The notes: generated from the sequence alone by a model not told the origin. Shown: positions 1-10,253, counted from the first letter of the stretch. The stretch is DNA of 64,000 nucleotides from Clostridia bacterium (GCA_017503325.1 JAFVTI010000006.1:14947-78946); one strand, 5' to 3'. Translations and numbers: made by a program.

Positions 1-999
1 ACGCAGGAGCTTAATCTTGACGCTTTCAACGAGGACAGCGTATTGGAGTTTGGCTATTGTACCGAGCTGCTTGTCCGCTTGCAGAACATCAAGACCGACA
101 TATCCGCCTTTGACGTAAAAGTCATCACCGATTATTTGCAGACCATAGGTGACTCTATCGTGACTGTTCGGAATGGCAGTATCGTCAAGCTTCACGTACA
201 TACAATGACTCCTCAGAAGGTGTTGGATTTCTGTCAGCAGTACGGTGAATTTCTCAAGGTCAAGATTGAGAATATGTCCTTGCAGCACAATAATACCGTT
301 ACCGAAGAAAAAGAAAGCACACCCCAACAGGAGCGTAAGAAATACGGCGTGGTTGCCGTTGCCTGCGGAGAGGGATTGAAAGAGACCTTCCGTGAACGAG
401 GGGCTGACGTGATCGTGGACGGAGGGCAAAGCATGAACCCGTCCGCAGAGGATTTTATTACGGCGTTCGATGAAGTTAACTCCGACGTGATCTTCGTGTT
501 CCCGAACAATGGAAACATCATACTGACCGCCGAGCAAGCGGCGCATTTATATGACAAATCCGACGTACGCGTGATCGAAAGCACAACTATCGGAGCGGGA
601 TACGCCTCTCTCGCTATGCTTGACACAAGCTCGGGTGATACCGATGCCATCGTGGAAGATCTCCGAATGGCAATGGATGGAGTAATCACCGCTGAGATCT
701 CTCACTGTGTCAGAGACGCCACCATTGACGGCAGGGAAATACACATGGGAGACTATATCGGCTTTGTCGGCAAGGAGATGCTTGCCGTAAACAAGAGCAG
801 ACTTGTAACCGTTTGCGAAAGCATTGATGCGTTAAACTTTTCAAGGTATGATTTCTGTATTCTGATCTGCGGTAAGGACGCGACCGACGAGGAAGCAGAA
901 AAGATCGAGGCATATATCAAAGCACGGTATAAAAACAAGGAGCTTTACATCATAAACGGCGGTCAGGACGTTTATGATTATATCCTGATCGTAGAATAA
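1..999 (+). CDS. fakA: Fatty-acid kinase subunit FakA / DAK2-domain protein YloV, C-terminal ~330 aa (5' end lies outside the window)
   Basis: Frame 1 is open from nt 1. Motifs FGYCTE, KLHVHT, KIENM..QH, GGQSMNPS and VFPNNGNI are typical of the YloV/FakA C-terminal half. The gene sits directly upstream of plsY. Confidence 0.75.
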   Translation, partial: TQELNLDAFNEDSVLEFGYCTELLVRLQNIKTDISAFDVKVITDYLQTIGDSIVTVRNGSIVKLHVHTMTPQKVLDFCQQYGEFLKVKIENMSLQHNNTVTEEKESTPQQERKKYGVVAVACGEGLKETFRERGADVIVDGGQSMNPSAEDFITAFDEVNSDVIFVFPNNGNIILTAEQAAHLYDKSDVRVIESTTIGAGYASLAMLDTSSGDTDAIVEDLRMAMDGVITAEISHCVRDATIDGREIHMGDYIGFVGKEMLAVNKSRLVTVCESIDALNFSRYDFCILICGKDATDEEAEKIEAYIKARYKNKELYIINGGQDVYDYILIVE

Positions 1000-1012
1000 A
1001 TGGGAGGTGCCT

Positions 1013-1633
1013 ATGAAGGTGATCCTTTACATATTAGCGGCGGTATGCGGTTACGTGATCGCAGGAATGAACCCCGCAATTGCCATATCAAAAGCTGTCT
1101 ATCACAAGGATATACGGGAGTGCGGAAGCGGAAATCCCGGCTTTACCAATTTCAAAAGGACGTTCGGCAACAAATGGGCGTGGTGGGTGCTTGTGCTTGA
1201 CCTCTCAAAAGCCGCCGTTGTCGTAGGACTTTTTGCGTGGCTTCTGTCCCGACAGGGCGTTGACTTTCAGCTTGGAGCAGCATACACGGGAATGTTCTGT
1301 ATGCTCGGTCATGCCTTTCCGATTCAATTCAAATTCAAGGGTGGCAAGGGATTTCTCGTTTGCCTTTCCACGATGTACGTCATCGATTGGCGTGTTGGAC
1401 TTATCGCAACGGGAATCATGGTCGTGTTGCTGTTGATCACTAAATATATGTCGCTTTCCACTACTCTTGCGATGCTTCTTTGCCCGATATTGCTGATCCT
1501 GTTCGATGCGTCTGTTCCTGTTATTTTGATGGCGACCTTCTGCACCGTATTTATGGCGGTCAGACATAAAGAAAACTTCAAAAGGCTGATCAAAGGAACA
1601 GAGTCTGAGTTTTCCCTAAAGGGTAAAAAATAA
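1013..1633 (+). CDS. plsY: Glycerol-3-phosphate acyltransferase PlsY (acyl-phosphate dependent)
   Basis: Polytopic ~200-aa protein with GSGNPGFTNFKR and KGGKG motifs. A GGGAGG RBS lies 5 nt before ATG 1013; the track ORF starts at GTG 1007. Confidence 0.9.
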   Translation: MKVILYILAAVCGYVIAGMNPAIAISKAVYHKDIRECGSGNPGFTNFKRTFGNKWAWWVLVLDLSKAAVVVGLFAWLLSRQGVDFQLGAAYTGMFCMLGHAFPIQFKFKGGKGFLVCLSTMYVIDWRVGLIATGIMVVLLLITKYMSLSTTLAMLLCPILLILFDASVPVILMATFCTVFMAVRHKENFKRLIKGTESEFSLKGKK

Positions 1634-2352
1634 TGAAGATCGTACTGTGGATTGTAAGCATCATTCTTGGACTTGCGCTGTTGTATTTCTTGATTCCCGG
1701 ATTTTTTGCACTGTTCGTCAATCCAAAGAAGAACTATACCAAGGACAGCAAGCTCTACCGCACGATTTTGAATGCGGCGAGCGTTATAGCTCTCAAGATT
1801 ATGAGAGTCAAGATACAAGTAAGCGGGGCAGAAAAGCTTACGCATGGTCAAAAGCTTTTGTTCGTGGGCAATCACCGCTCCAATTTTGATCCGATCATCA
1901 CGTGGTATGCACTTCGTGATTGGAAGATCTCTTATATTTCAAAATCGGGAAACTTCAAGATCCCGATTTTTGGACGTATTATCAGGCGGTGTTGCTTCAT
2001 GGCAATTGACCGCGAAAGTCCGAGAAAGGCAATCAACACCATCAATCAGGCGTCAGAGCTACTCAAGGAGCAAGAGGTCTCGGTTGGCGTATATCCCGAG
2101 GGAACAAGATCAAAGAACGGTGTGCTTTTGCCGTTTCATAATGGCGTTTTGAGGATTGCGCAAAAGGCAAACGCATCGATTGCCGTAGTTGTACTCAAGG
2201 GAACGGAGAAGATACATAAAAACTACCCATTTCATCGTACATGCGTTGAAATGATAATTGCCGAAGTAATTCCCGCAGAGCAGGTCTGTTCGACGAGATC
2301 GGCAGAGCTCGGGGATAAAATTCGTAATATTATCGAAAACAACTTAAAATAA
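1633..2352 (+). CDS. plsC: 1-acyl-sn-glycerol-3-phosphate acyltransferase
   Basis: N-terminal TM segment, H(X)4D motif NHRSNFDP and PEGTRS block. The start overlaps the plsY stop (TAATG). Confidence 0.85.
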   Translation: MKIVLWIVSIILGLALLYFLIPGFFALFVNPKKNYTKDSKLYRTILNAASVIALKIMRVKIQVSGAEKLTHGQKLLFVGNHRSNFDPIITWYALRDWKISYISKSGNFKIPIFGRIIRRCCFMAIDRESPRKAINTINQASELLKEQEVSVGVYPEGTRSKNGVLLPFHNGVLRIAQKANASIAVVVLKGTEKIHKNYPFHRTCVEMIIAEVIPAEQVCSTRSAELGDKIRNIIENNLK

Positions 2353-2367
2353 AAATACAGGTGAGCA

Positions 2368-3093
2368 ATGAAAAATGAAACAGAAAGGAAACGGCAAACA
2401 CAGGATAAAAGACACGATACACTAAATATAGTTGGAAAAGTGATCGGTATCGGTTTATGGGTGGCACTCATTGCTATTTGTATCGTCAACCGAGAGAAGA
2501 TAACGGCTGAAGGAATCGTCGGGCTCGTCCCGCAAAACTCGTGGCTGTCAGCTATTGTTTTGCTTGTGCTATTCGCCGTCAAGAGTGTTTCGGTAGTCAT
2601 TTACAGTGGCATTCTCTATGCAGCGAGCGGAATCCTGTTCTCCTTACCGATCGCAATTATCATCAATATCATCGGAACAGTGATCATGGTTACGATTCCA
2701 TATCTCATTGGACGAAAAGCGGGAACGCCCTTGCTTGAGCGCTTGGTGGCGAAAAACCCTAAGCTCGCTATTATCCGTGACTTTCCAAGTCAGAACGATT
2801 TGTTTGTGTCCTTCTTTGTGCGAATCGTCGGCTGTTTGCCCGGTGATCTTGTTTGTATGTATCTTGGTGCTGACCGTCTGAATTATCCTCGCTACCTTAT
2901 CGGCAGCGTTCTTGGCTCCATGTCCGCCGTCATTTCCTTTGCCGTTATGGGCATGAACGCCGATGACATTACATCACCCGGATTTTTGATTTCACTTGGA
3001 ATAGAGTTTCTTCTGATGGTCGGATCGATCGTATTCGGATTGGTGTGGAACAAGAGAAGAAAACGCAACTCGGAGAAATATGATAGAAAATGA
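2368..3093 (+). CDS. TVP38/TMEM64 (DedA-related, SNARE-associated) family membrane protein, copy 1
   Basis: Polytopic protein with the family-typical core IPYLIGRKAG...LFVSFFVRIVGCLPGDLVCMYLG. It is roughly half identical by eye to the next ORF. Confidence 0.8.
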   Translation: MKNETERKRQTQDKRHDTLNIVGKVIGIGLWVALIAICIVNREKITAEGIVGLVPQNSWLSAIVLLVLFAVKSVSVVIYSGILYAASGILFSLPIAIIINIIGTVIMVTIPYLIGRKAGTPLLERLVAKNPKLAIIRDFPSQNDLFVSFFVRIVGCLPGDLVCMYLGADRLNYPRYLIGSVLGSMSAVISFAVMGMNADDITSPGFLISLGIEFLLMVGSIVFGLVWNKRRKRNSEKYDRK

Positions 3094-3790
3094 AAAGAAC
3101 ACACCTCACAGAGCACTAAAAATATTCGGACGGATCTTCGTAATCCTGTTTTGGGGCGGATTGATTCTGGTCTGCTTTTTGAACAGAGAAAAAATATCGG
3201 TTGATGGCATTGTCGGACTTGTCCCCAAGGATTCGGTTTTGTCCGTAATCGTAATGCTGCTCCTTTTTGCCGTCAAAGGCGTTGCGGTCTTTATATACGG
3301 CAGTATCTTGTATGCGGCAAGCGGAATACTGTTTTCGCTTCCCGTGGCAATTATCGTGAACACGATTGGAACGGTCATTATGACGACCATTCCGTTTTAC
3401 ATAGGAAAGAAGGCGGGAAGCCGATTGCTCGGAGAGCTTGTCAAGAAAAACTCCAAGCTGGAGCTTTTGAGAGATACGCAAAACAAAAATGAATTTTTGG
3501 TCAGCTTCTTTCTTCGCATGGTCGGTCTTTTGCCTGCCGATCTTGTCGCAATGTATCTTGGCGCAAGCGGAATGCGCTATAAACCTTACTTCTTTGGAAC
3601 TGTCATAGGGCTTTTGCCCGCTATCATATGCTTTTCTGTTATGGGAATGAGCATTGATGACGTAGGCTCTCCGCAATTTTTGATATCCTTGATCGTAGAA
3701 GTGGGGCTCATGCTTCTGTCCCTCTTGATCTATTTCATTTGGAAACTAAAAAGTAAAAGGAAAAGAGATGACGAAACAAATGAAGCATAA
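3080..3790 (+). CDS. TVP38/TMEM64 family membrane protein, copy 2 (tandem paralogue)
   Basis: Same architecture and motifs as copy 1 (IPFYIGKKAG...FLVSFFLRMVGLLPADLVAMYLG). It overlaps the copy 1 stop by 14 nt. Confidence 0.8.
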   Translation: MIENEKNTPHRALKIFGRIFVILFWGGLILVCFLNREKISVDGIVGLVPKDSVLSVIVMLLLFAVKGVAVFIYGSILYAASGILFSLPVAIIVNTIGTVIMTTIPFYIGKKAGSRLLGELVKKNSKLELLRDTQNKNEFLVSFFLRMVGLLPADLVAMYLGASGMRYKPYFFGTVIGLLPAIICFSVMGMSIDDVGSPQFLISLIVEVGLMLLSLLIYFIWKLKSKRKRDDETNEA

Positions 3791-4625
3791 AATGAATCTT
3801 TTGGTGACGCTGAACGAAGCCTATCTGCCACACTTGAACACGCTTCTGTTCTCCGTGCTTTACCATAACCCCGATACGTATTTCACCGTGTATTTACTGC
3901 ACACATCAATTCGTGAAGAAATGACCGAGCAAACAAAGGTTATTTTAGGAACGAGCGGTGAGCTTGTTATGATTGAGGCGGAGGGGCACGGACTTGACGA
4001 TGCTCCTACGACAGATCGATTTCCCAAAGAAATGTATTACCGCATCTTTGCGGCAAAATATCTGCCGGAGGATGTGGACAGGGTTCTTTATCTTGATCCC
4101 GATATTATCGTCAACGACTCCTTGCTCGAGCTTTATGAAATGCCGCTTGGTGAAAACTACTTTGCCGCGGCATCGCACAACGGGAAGCTTGTGCGATTGA
4201 TTAACGGATTTCGCCTTGGACTCGAACGGGGAACACCTTATATCAATTCGGGAGTTCTGCTTATCAACGTGAAGCTTATGCGTAGTCAACAAAATTACGA
4301 GGAAGTTTTTGAATATATAAAAAGGAAAAAGAAAAAATTGTGTTTGCCCGATCAAGACGTGATCAGCGGTCTTTACGGCAAAAGAATAATAAAATTAGAT
4401 ACTTACGTTTACAATATGACCGATCGCCTTTATTACTATGACAAAATACTCGGACAGCATAGAGATGTTGAATGGTATCGGGAGCATTCCGTAATATTCC
4501 ATTACTGCGGCAAAAACAAGCCGTGGAAGGAGGACTACTCCGGCGTATTCGGAGTGTTCTATCAAGAAACCCTCGCCCGTATGGGACTCGTTTGTGAGAG
4601 TGAAAGGATAGCAGAAAATGCGTAG
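3768..4625 (+). CDS. Glycosyltransferase family 8 protein
   Basis: GT8 blocks YYRIFAAKYLP, DxD-type LYLDPDIIV, NSGVLLIN and PDQDVI. The gene is embedded in the lipid operon. The start could instead be ATG 3780 or 3792. Confidence 0.8.
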   Translation: MTKQMKHKMNLLVTLNEAYLPHLNTLLFSVLYHNPDTYFTVYLLHTSIREEMTEQTKVILGTSGELVMIEAEGHGLDDAPTTDRFPKEMYYRIFAAKYLPEDVDRVLYLDPDIIVNDSLLELYEMPLGENYFAAASHNGKLVRLINGFRLGLERGTPYINSGVLLINVKLMRSQQNYEEVFEYIKRKKKKLCLPDQDVISGLYGKRIIKLDTYVYNMTDRLYYYDKILGQHRDVEWYREHSVIFHYCGKNKPWKEDYSGVFGVFYQETLARMGLVCESERIAENA

Positions 4626-5181
4626 ATTTTTTAAGAAAAATCAAATACTTACGATTCCAAATTTACTTAGCGTTGTACGCCTTGCGCTGATTCCCGTGAT
4701 CGTATGGCTTTACAGTGTAGAGAAAAATTACTACGGTGCGATCGGTGTTATTGCTCTGTCGGCAGCGACAGATATCGTGGATGGTTGGATCGCAAGGCAT
4801 TTCAATATGATCTCGGATTTTGGCAAGGTGCTTGATCCTCTTGCGGACAAGCTGACACAGGCGGCACTGTTACTGTGTCTGCTTTCAAAGTACGAGCTGA
4901 TGTGGGGGCTTACTATAGTTTTCGGTGTTTGCGAGATTACAAAATTCACACTTGGCATCATCATTGCTAAAAAACACGATGAGGTAAACGGCGCAAAATG
5001 GTATGGCAAGGCAAACACCGTAATCATTTACGCAACGATGATGGCTTTGATCTTGTTCCCACAGATGAACGATATTCTTGCAAATGCTCTGTTGCTGTTT
5101 TGCGGAGCGGTTATGATAGCTGCACACGTACTTTACTTCATATCTTTAGGCAAGATACTGTATGAAAGGAGCAAGAAATGA
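4618..5181 (+). CDS. pgsA: CDP-alcohol phosphatidyltransferase family protein (PgsA-like)
   Basis: Signature D-G-x2-A-R-x8-G-x3-D-x3-D is present as DGWIARHFNMISDFGKVLDPLADK. The protein is 187 aa and polytopic. Confidence 0.7.
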   Translation: MRRFFKKNQILTIPNLLSVVRLALIPVIVWLYSVEKNYYGAIGVIALSAATDIVDGWIARHFNMISDFGKVLDPLADKLTQAALLLCLLSKYELMWGLTIVFGVCEITKFTLGIIIAKKHDEVNGAKWYGKANTVIIYATMMALILFPQMNDILANALLLFCGAVMIAAHVLYFISLGKILYERSKK

Positions 5182-5987
5182 TCAAACGAACACTTACGGG
5201 AGCAGTGGTCTTGGTGTTCGTCTACGCTTGGCTTTTCTTCTCACATATCCCACTTGTATTACATATCGGAACACTTGCGTTAGGTGTTTTAGCGATTTTT
5301 GAAATTTTGCGAATTTGCAAAACCGACAAACCGAAGAACTGCTATTACGTAATGACCGTATCGGTGTTGCTATTGATACTGCCGATTCCGCAGTATGAGT
5401 ATTGGATGATGCTGATCTTGCCCGTCGCCTTGTTCTTGTTTGGATTGATGATGGCAGGGAAGGAGCAAATAAAGGAGTTTAATTTCTCATTCGCCACCGC
5501 TGTAAGCATCGTAGCCGTGTTGCTTTTCAAGTCTGTACCGACTCTCAGAAATCTGGACAACGGTTTTTATTATTTAACTTTCGCAGTAACGGCTTGCTTT
5601 GTGACGGAGCATGCTGCACTTTTGTTTGGCAAGGCATTCGGTTCACGCAAGCTTTGTCCAAATATCAGCCCCAAGAAAACTGTTGAGGGCGCGATAGGTG
5701 GTCTTACGTGTACCGTCATTATAGCTTTGATCGCGGAAATCCTATTGCAAAAATACGCAGGGCTGCACTTTGATATCATAACGCTTGTGATATGGGCGGT
5801 ACTCGTATCGATCGTAGGGCAGTTTGGTGACCTTTGTATGTCGGTGGTCAAGCGCATAGCGGGAGTGAAGGATTTCGGCAAGCTTTTGCCCGGCCACGGA
5901 GGAATACTTGATCGCTTTGACAGTAATATGTTTGCGGTCGCGTTTACGTTGGTTTTTTGCGCCCTCGGAGGCGGATTTATTTATTGA
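5178..5987 (+). CDS. cdsA: Phosphatidate cytidylyltransferase (CDP-diglyceride synthase)
   Basis: C-terminal signature KRIAGVKDFGKLLPGHGGILDRFDS. The start overlaps the preceding gene (ATGA). Confidence 0.9.
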   Translation: MIKRTLTGAVVLVFVYAWLFFSHIPLVLHIGTLALGVLAIFEILRICKTDKPKNCYYVMTVSVLLLILPIPQYEYWMMLILPVALFLFGLMMAGKEQIKEFNFSFATAVSIVAVLLFKSVPTLRNLDNGFYYLTFAVTACFVTEHAALLFGKAFGSRKLCPNISPKKTVEGAIGGLTCTVIIALIAEILLQKYAGLHFDIITLVIWAVLVSIVGQFGDLCMSVVKRIAGVKDFGKLLPGHGGILDRFDSNMFAVAFTLVFCALGGGFIY

Positions 5988-5995
5988 TATAACTT

Positions 5996-8900
5996 ATGGG
6001 AGAAACAATTTTGAAGGAATACAGAGCAGGCATCGACATAGGCTCCACAACGGTCAAGCTCGTGGTGCTGGATGCCGAGGATCATATCATATACGGACAA
6101 TACAGACGCCACATGGCGAAAACGCAGGAAACGCTTGCCGCGCTTTTACGCGAAGCAACGGAAACGATTGGTGACTGTGCCTTGAAAGTAAAAATAACGG
6201 GATCGGGCTCGATCAATCTCGGTAAAGCCCTTGGCATTGATTTTGTTCAAGAGGTCGTGGCGGTCGCAACGGCACTCAAAAAGGTCGCGCCGCAGACTGA
6301 CGTTGCCATCGAGCTTGGCGGCGAGGATGCGAAGATCATCTACTTCACGGGCGGTCTTGAAGAACGTATGAACGGCGTTTGCGCAGGCGGTACGGGCTCG
6401 TTCATCGATCAGATGGCGGCACTCTTGCAGACCGATGCCGAAGGACTCAATAAAGCAGCCGAGAATTATAAAGAAATATATCCGATTGCCGCGCGTTGCG
6501 GTGTGTTTGCCAAAACCGATATTCAGCCGCTTATTAACGAGGGCGCGACAACGGCAGACCTTGCCGCCTCAATCTTTCAGGCGGTGGTCAATCAGACCAT
6601 TTCAGGACTTGCCTGCGGAAAGCCCATACGCGGATGCGTTGCCTTTCTCGGTGGTCCACTTCACTTTATGCCCGAGCTGAAAAAGGCGTTTGTCCGTACC
6701 TTGAAGCTGACGGAGGAAACCACCATTGATCCCGAAAATTCGCACTTGTTTGCGGCAATGGGCGCGGCACTTGAAGCCGAGGGAGAATGTGCCGTTTCCG
6801 CAAGTGAGCTTGTTGGTCGGCTCTCCGAGGGTGTAAAAGTCACCTATGAAATGCCTCGTCTTGAGCCCTTGTTTGCTACAAACGAGGAATACGAGGCATT
6901 CAAGACTCGTCATAAGACGGCAGTACTGCCCAAGGGCGACCTTTCTACATATAACGGAAATGCCTTTCTCGGTATTGACGCTGGATCTACCACAACCAAA
7001 ATGGTGCTGATCGGTGAACGGGGGGAATTGCTGTTCTCCTTCTATGCCAATAATAGAGGCGATCCCATCAAGACCGCCAAGGAAGCCTTTGACAAATTAA
7101 AAGCACAGATGCACAGCGGTGTGCGTATCGTTCGCTCCTGTTCCACGGGATATGGCGAGGCACTTCTCAAATCCGCCTTTTCGCTTGACGAGGGTGAAGT
7201 GGAAACCATTGCGCATACGACGGCGGCATCCTTCTTCGATAAAGACGTGGACTGTGTGCTTGATATTGGCGGTCAGGATATGAAGTGCATCAAGCTCAGA
7301 ACCGGAGCGGTAGATACCATATTGCTCAACGAGGCTTGCTCCTCGGGGTGCGGTTCGTTTATCGAAAACTTTGCAAACTCTCTTGGCTTTACCGCCGAGG
7401 ATTTTGCAAAAGAAGCGCTGTTCGCAGAAGCTCCTGTTGACCTCGGAACGAGGTGCACCGTTTTTATGAATTCCAATGTCAAGCAAGCGCAGAAGGAGGG
7501 CGCATCCGTTTCGGATATTTCGGCGGGACTTGCGTACTCCGTAATCAAGAACGCACTGTATAAGGTCATCAAGCTCGCCGATGCCAAGGATCTCGGAAAG
7601 CATATTGTGGTACAAGGCGGCACCTTTCATAATGAAGCGGTTCTACGTGCCTTTGAGAAGATCGCAGGCGTAGAAGCCACTTGTCCCGACATTGCGGGAC
7701 TTATGGGCGCATTTGGCGCGGCTCTGATTGCAAAGCAGAATTACCACGGCAAACCCACAGAAATGCTCTCTCTTGATGAAATAGCAGAGCTGACCTATAC
7801 GGCAACAAGCCGCCGTTGCGGCGGATGCTCCAACAACTGTATGCTTACCGTCAATCGCTTCTCAAACGGACAGAGCCATATCACCGGCAACCGTTGCGAG
7901 AAAGGAATCGGCAATATCGGCGGCAGAAGAAAAGCACCGAATATGATGGAATACAAGCGCAAGCGTATATTCGATTACGAGCCGCTTGATGAAAAGGACG
8001 CGCCTCGCGGTGTGATCGGTATTCCGAGAGTGCTGAATATGTACGAAAACTATCCCTTCTGGGCGACCTTCTTCCGTGAGCTTGGCTTCCGTGTCGTGCT
8101 CTCACCGTGGTCAAGCAGAAAAATATACGAGCTTGGTATGGAGTCGATTCCATCCGAGTCGGAGTGCTATCCGGCAAAGCTCTCTCATGGGCACGTAGAA
8201 TGGCTGATCGCGCAAGGAATCAAAACCATATTCCACCCGTGCATCTACTACGAGCATAAGGAGATCACCACGGCGCAGAACCAATATAACTGTCCTATCG
8301 TTGTGTCCTATGCTGAAAATCTAAAGAATAACGTGGAAGCCATCACGCGCGGGGACGTTCGTCTCGTTCGTCCGTTTATGGCGTTTACCTCGGAAAAGAT
8401 TGCCGCTGACCGATTGGTTACCATTTGCCGTGAGGAGTGGAACATTCCCGAAAAAGAGGTCAGAGCCGCAGTGCTTGCCGCTTGGCAAGAGCAACAGAGA
8501 GCAAGATTTGATATTCGCGCAGAAGGAAAAAGGTTGCTTTCCGATATGCAATTGAACGGTGGCAACGGCATCGTCCTTGCAGGTCGCCCGTACCATATCG
8601 ATCCCGAAATCAACCACGGCATTCCCGAGCTGATCGCATCCTACGGATTTACCGTATTTACGGAGGATAGCCTGCCCGTAGACATCTCTCCCGAGAGACC
8701 GTTGCGTGTGCTTGACCAATGGGTGTACCATTCAAGGCTTTATGCTGCTGCTGAATTCGTGAGAAGCCGTGACGATTTGGAGCTGATACAGCTCAATTCC
8801 TTCGGTTGTGGTCTGGATGCGGTGACCACCGATCAGGTAAATGAGATACTTGAGGGCAGTAACAAGCTCTATACGGTTCTGAAGATCGACGAGGTGAACA

Positions 8901-10234
8901 ATCTCGGTGCTGTGCGTATCCGTATTCGCAGCTTGATATCGGCTATGAGGATGCGCCGTAAGCAGAATATTAAAGCAGAGCCTAAGCCGACCGCATATCA
9001 CCGCACCGAATACACACAGAAGATGAAGGACGAGAACTATACCATTCTCGCGCCTCAAATGCTGCCGATTCACTTTGATATCATCGAACCTGTATTTCAT
9101 AAGTACGGATATAATCTTGAAATACTGAAAAACGATAACCGCAAGGCAATAGATACAGGGCTGAAATATGTAAATAATGACGCTTGTTTTCCGTCGATCA
9201 CCATTGTCGGTCAGTTTATGGAGGCAGTCACGTCGGGACGGTACGACACTGACAAGCTCGCTATATTTATGACGCAAACGGGCGGCTGTTGCCGTGCCTC
9301 CAATTACGTGGGACTTATCCGCCGAGCTCTTGACAAAGCGGGGTATTCGCATATTCCCGTGATCTCGCTGAGTATGGGCGGAATTGAGAAGAACGAGGGC
9401 TTTCAGATCAATTTCAATATGGTGAAAGATGCCGTATATGCGCTCCTTTACGGCGACCTTATTATGCGTTGCCTTTACAGAGTCAGACCTTACGAGCTGA
9501 CTAAAGGCTCTGCAAACGAGCTGAGAGATAAACTCATTAAGAGCTGTATTTCGTCCTTGACCGATAAGAATGACAGGACGAGCTATCAAAAAATGTGCAA
9601 CACGATCGTGCAGAGCTTTGATGCGCTTCCTATCAACGAGAATATGAAAAAGCCACGTGTCGGTATCGTTGGTGAGATACTTGTAAAATATATGCCGCTT
9701 GCCAATAATCACCTTGTAGAGCTTCTTGAAAGAGAGGGAGCAGAGGTTGTCGTTCCCGATTTTATCGATTTTGTTAATTACAGTATGTACAATGCCCGAT
9801 ACAAACGGAAATACTACGGAAGATCGAGGAAAAGTGTGGTTGCCTCCAATTCGGTTTTGAAGATCGTCAAAAAGCTTCGCAAGCCTGCCATTGACGCGCT
9901 GAAAAATAGCAAACGATTTGACGTTCCCGCGCCGATCGAAGAAATTGCCGAAATGACAAAGCCCATTCTGTCGCTCGGCAATCAGTACGGCGAGGGATGG
10001 TTCTTGACAGGTGAGATGGTAGAGCTGATCACACACGGAACGCCGAATATCGTATGTATTCAGCCCTTTGCGTGTCTGCCCAATCACGTGGTCGGCAAGG
10101 GCGTGATCAAAAAGCTCCGTGAGACCTATCCGCAGGCAAATATCGTTGCCGTAGATTACGATCCCGGAGCAAGTGAAGTAAACCAATTAAACAGAATAAA
10201 ACTCATGCTGTCCGCCGCGAAGGAGCGGATGTAA
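5996..10234 (+). CDS. Fusion of two BadF/BcrA/HgdC-type activase ATPase domains with a 2-hydroxyacyl-CoA dehydratase/benzoyl-CoA reductase-like domain; candidate plasmalogen synthase of the fused PlsA-PlsR type
   Basis: Two actin-fold ATPase starts are visible (GIDIGSTTVKLVV near aa 13 and GIDAGSTTTKMVL near aa 325). A Cys cluster RRCGGCSNNC follows, then a long dehydratase-like C-terminal part. The gene sits directly after cdsA. Confidence 0.8.
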   Translation: MGETILKEYRAGIDIGSTTVKLVVLDAEDHIIYGQYRRHMAKTQETLAALLREATETIGDCALKVKITGSGSINLGKALGIDFVQEVVAVATALKKVAPQTDVAIELGGEDAKIIYFTGGLEERMNGVCAGGTGSFIDQMAALLQTDAEGLNKAAENYKEIYPIAARCGVFAKTDIQPLINEGATTADLAASIFQAVVNQTISGLACGKPIRGCVAFLGGPLHFMPELKKAFVRTLKLTEETTIDPENSHLFAAMGAALEAEGECAVSASELVGRLSEGVKVTYEMPRLEPLFATNEEYEAFKTRHKTAVLPKGDLSTYNGNAFLGIDAGSTTTKMVLIGERGELLFSFYANNRGDPIKTAKEAFDKLKAQMHSGVRIVRSCSTGYGEALLKSAFSLDEGEVETIAHTTAASFFDKDVDCVLDIGGQDMKCIKLRTGAVDTILLNEACSSGCGSFIENFANSLGFTAEDFAKEALFAEAPVDLGTRCTVFMNSNVKQAQKEGASVSDISAGLAYSVIKNALYKVIKLADAKDLGKHIVVQGGTFHNEAVLRAFEKIAGVEATCPDIAGLMGAFGAALIAKQNYHGKPTEMLSLDEIAELTYTATSRRCGGCSNNCMLTVNRFSNGQSHITGNRCEKGIGNIGGRRKAPNMMEYKRKRIFDYEPLDEKDAPRGVIGIPRVLNMYENYPFWATFFRELGFRVVLSPWSSRKIYELGMESIPSESECYPAKLSHGHVEWLIAQGIKTIFHPCIYYEHKEITTAQNQYNCPIVVSYAENLKNNVEAITRGDVRLVRPFMAFTSEKIAADRLVTICREEWNIPEKEVRAAVLAAWQEQQRARFDIRAEGKRLLSDMQLNGGNGIVLAGRPYHIDPEINHGIPELIASYGFTVFTEDSLPVDISPERPLRVLDQWVYHSRLYAAAEFVRSRDDLELIQLNSFGCGLDAVTTDQVNEILEGSNKLYTVLKIDEVNNLGAVRIRIRSLISAMRMRRKQNIKAEPKPTAYHRTEYTQKMKDENYTILAPQMLPIHFDIIEPVFHKYGYNLEILKNDNRKAIDTGLKYVNNDACFPSITIVGQFMEAVTSGRYDTDKLAIFMTQTGGCCRASNYVGLIRRALDKAGYSHIPVISLSMGGIEKNEGFQINFNMVKDAVYALLYGDLIMRCLYRVRPYELTKGSANELRDKLIKSCISSLTDKNDRTSYQKMCNTIVQSFDALPINENMKKPRVGIVGEILVKYMPLANNHLVELLEREGAEVVVPDFIDFVNYSMYNARYKRKYYGRSRKSVVASNSVLKIVKKLRKPAIDALKNSKRFDVPAPIEEIAEMTKPILSLGNQYGEGWFLTGEMVELITHGTPNIVCIQPFACLPNHVVGKGVIKKLRETYPQANIVAVDYDPGASEVNQLNRIKLMLSAAKERM

Positions 10235-10253
10235 AGGAAAGGAGTATAAAAAA

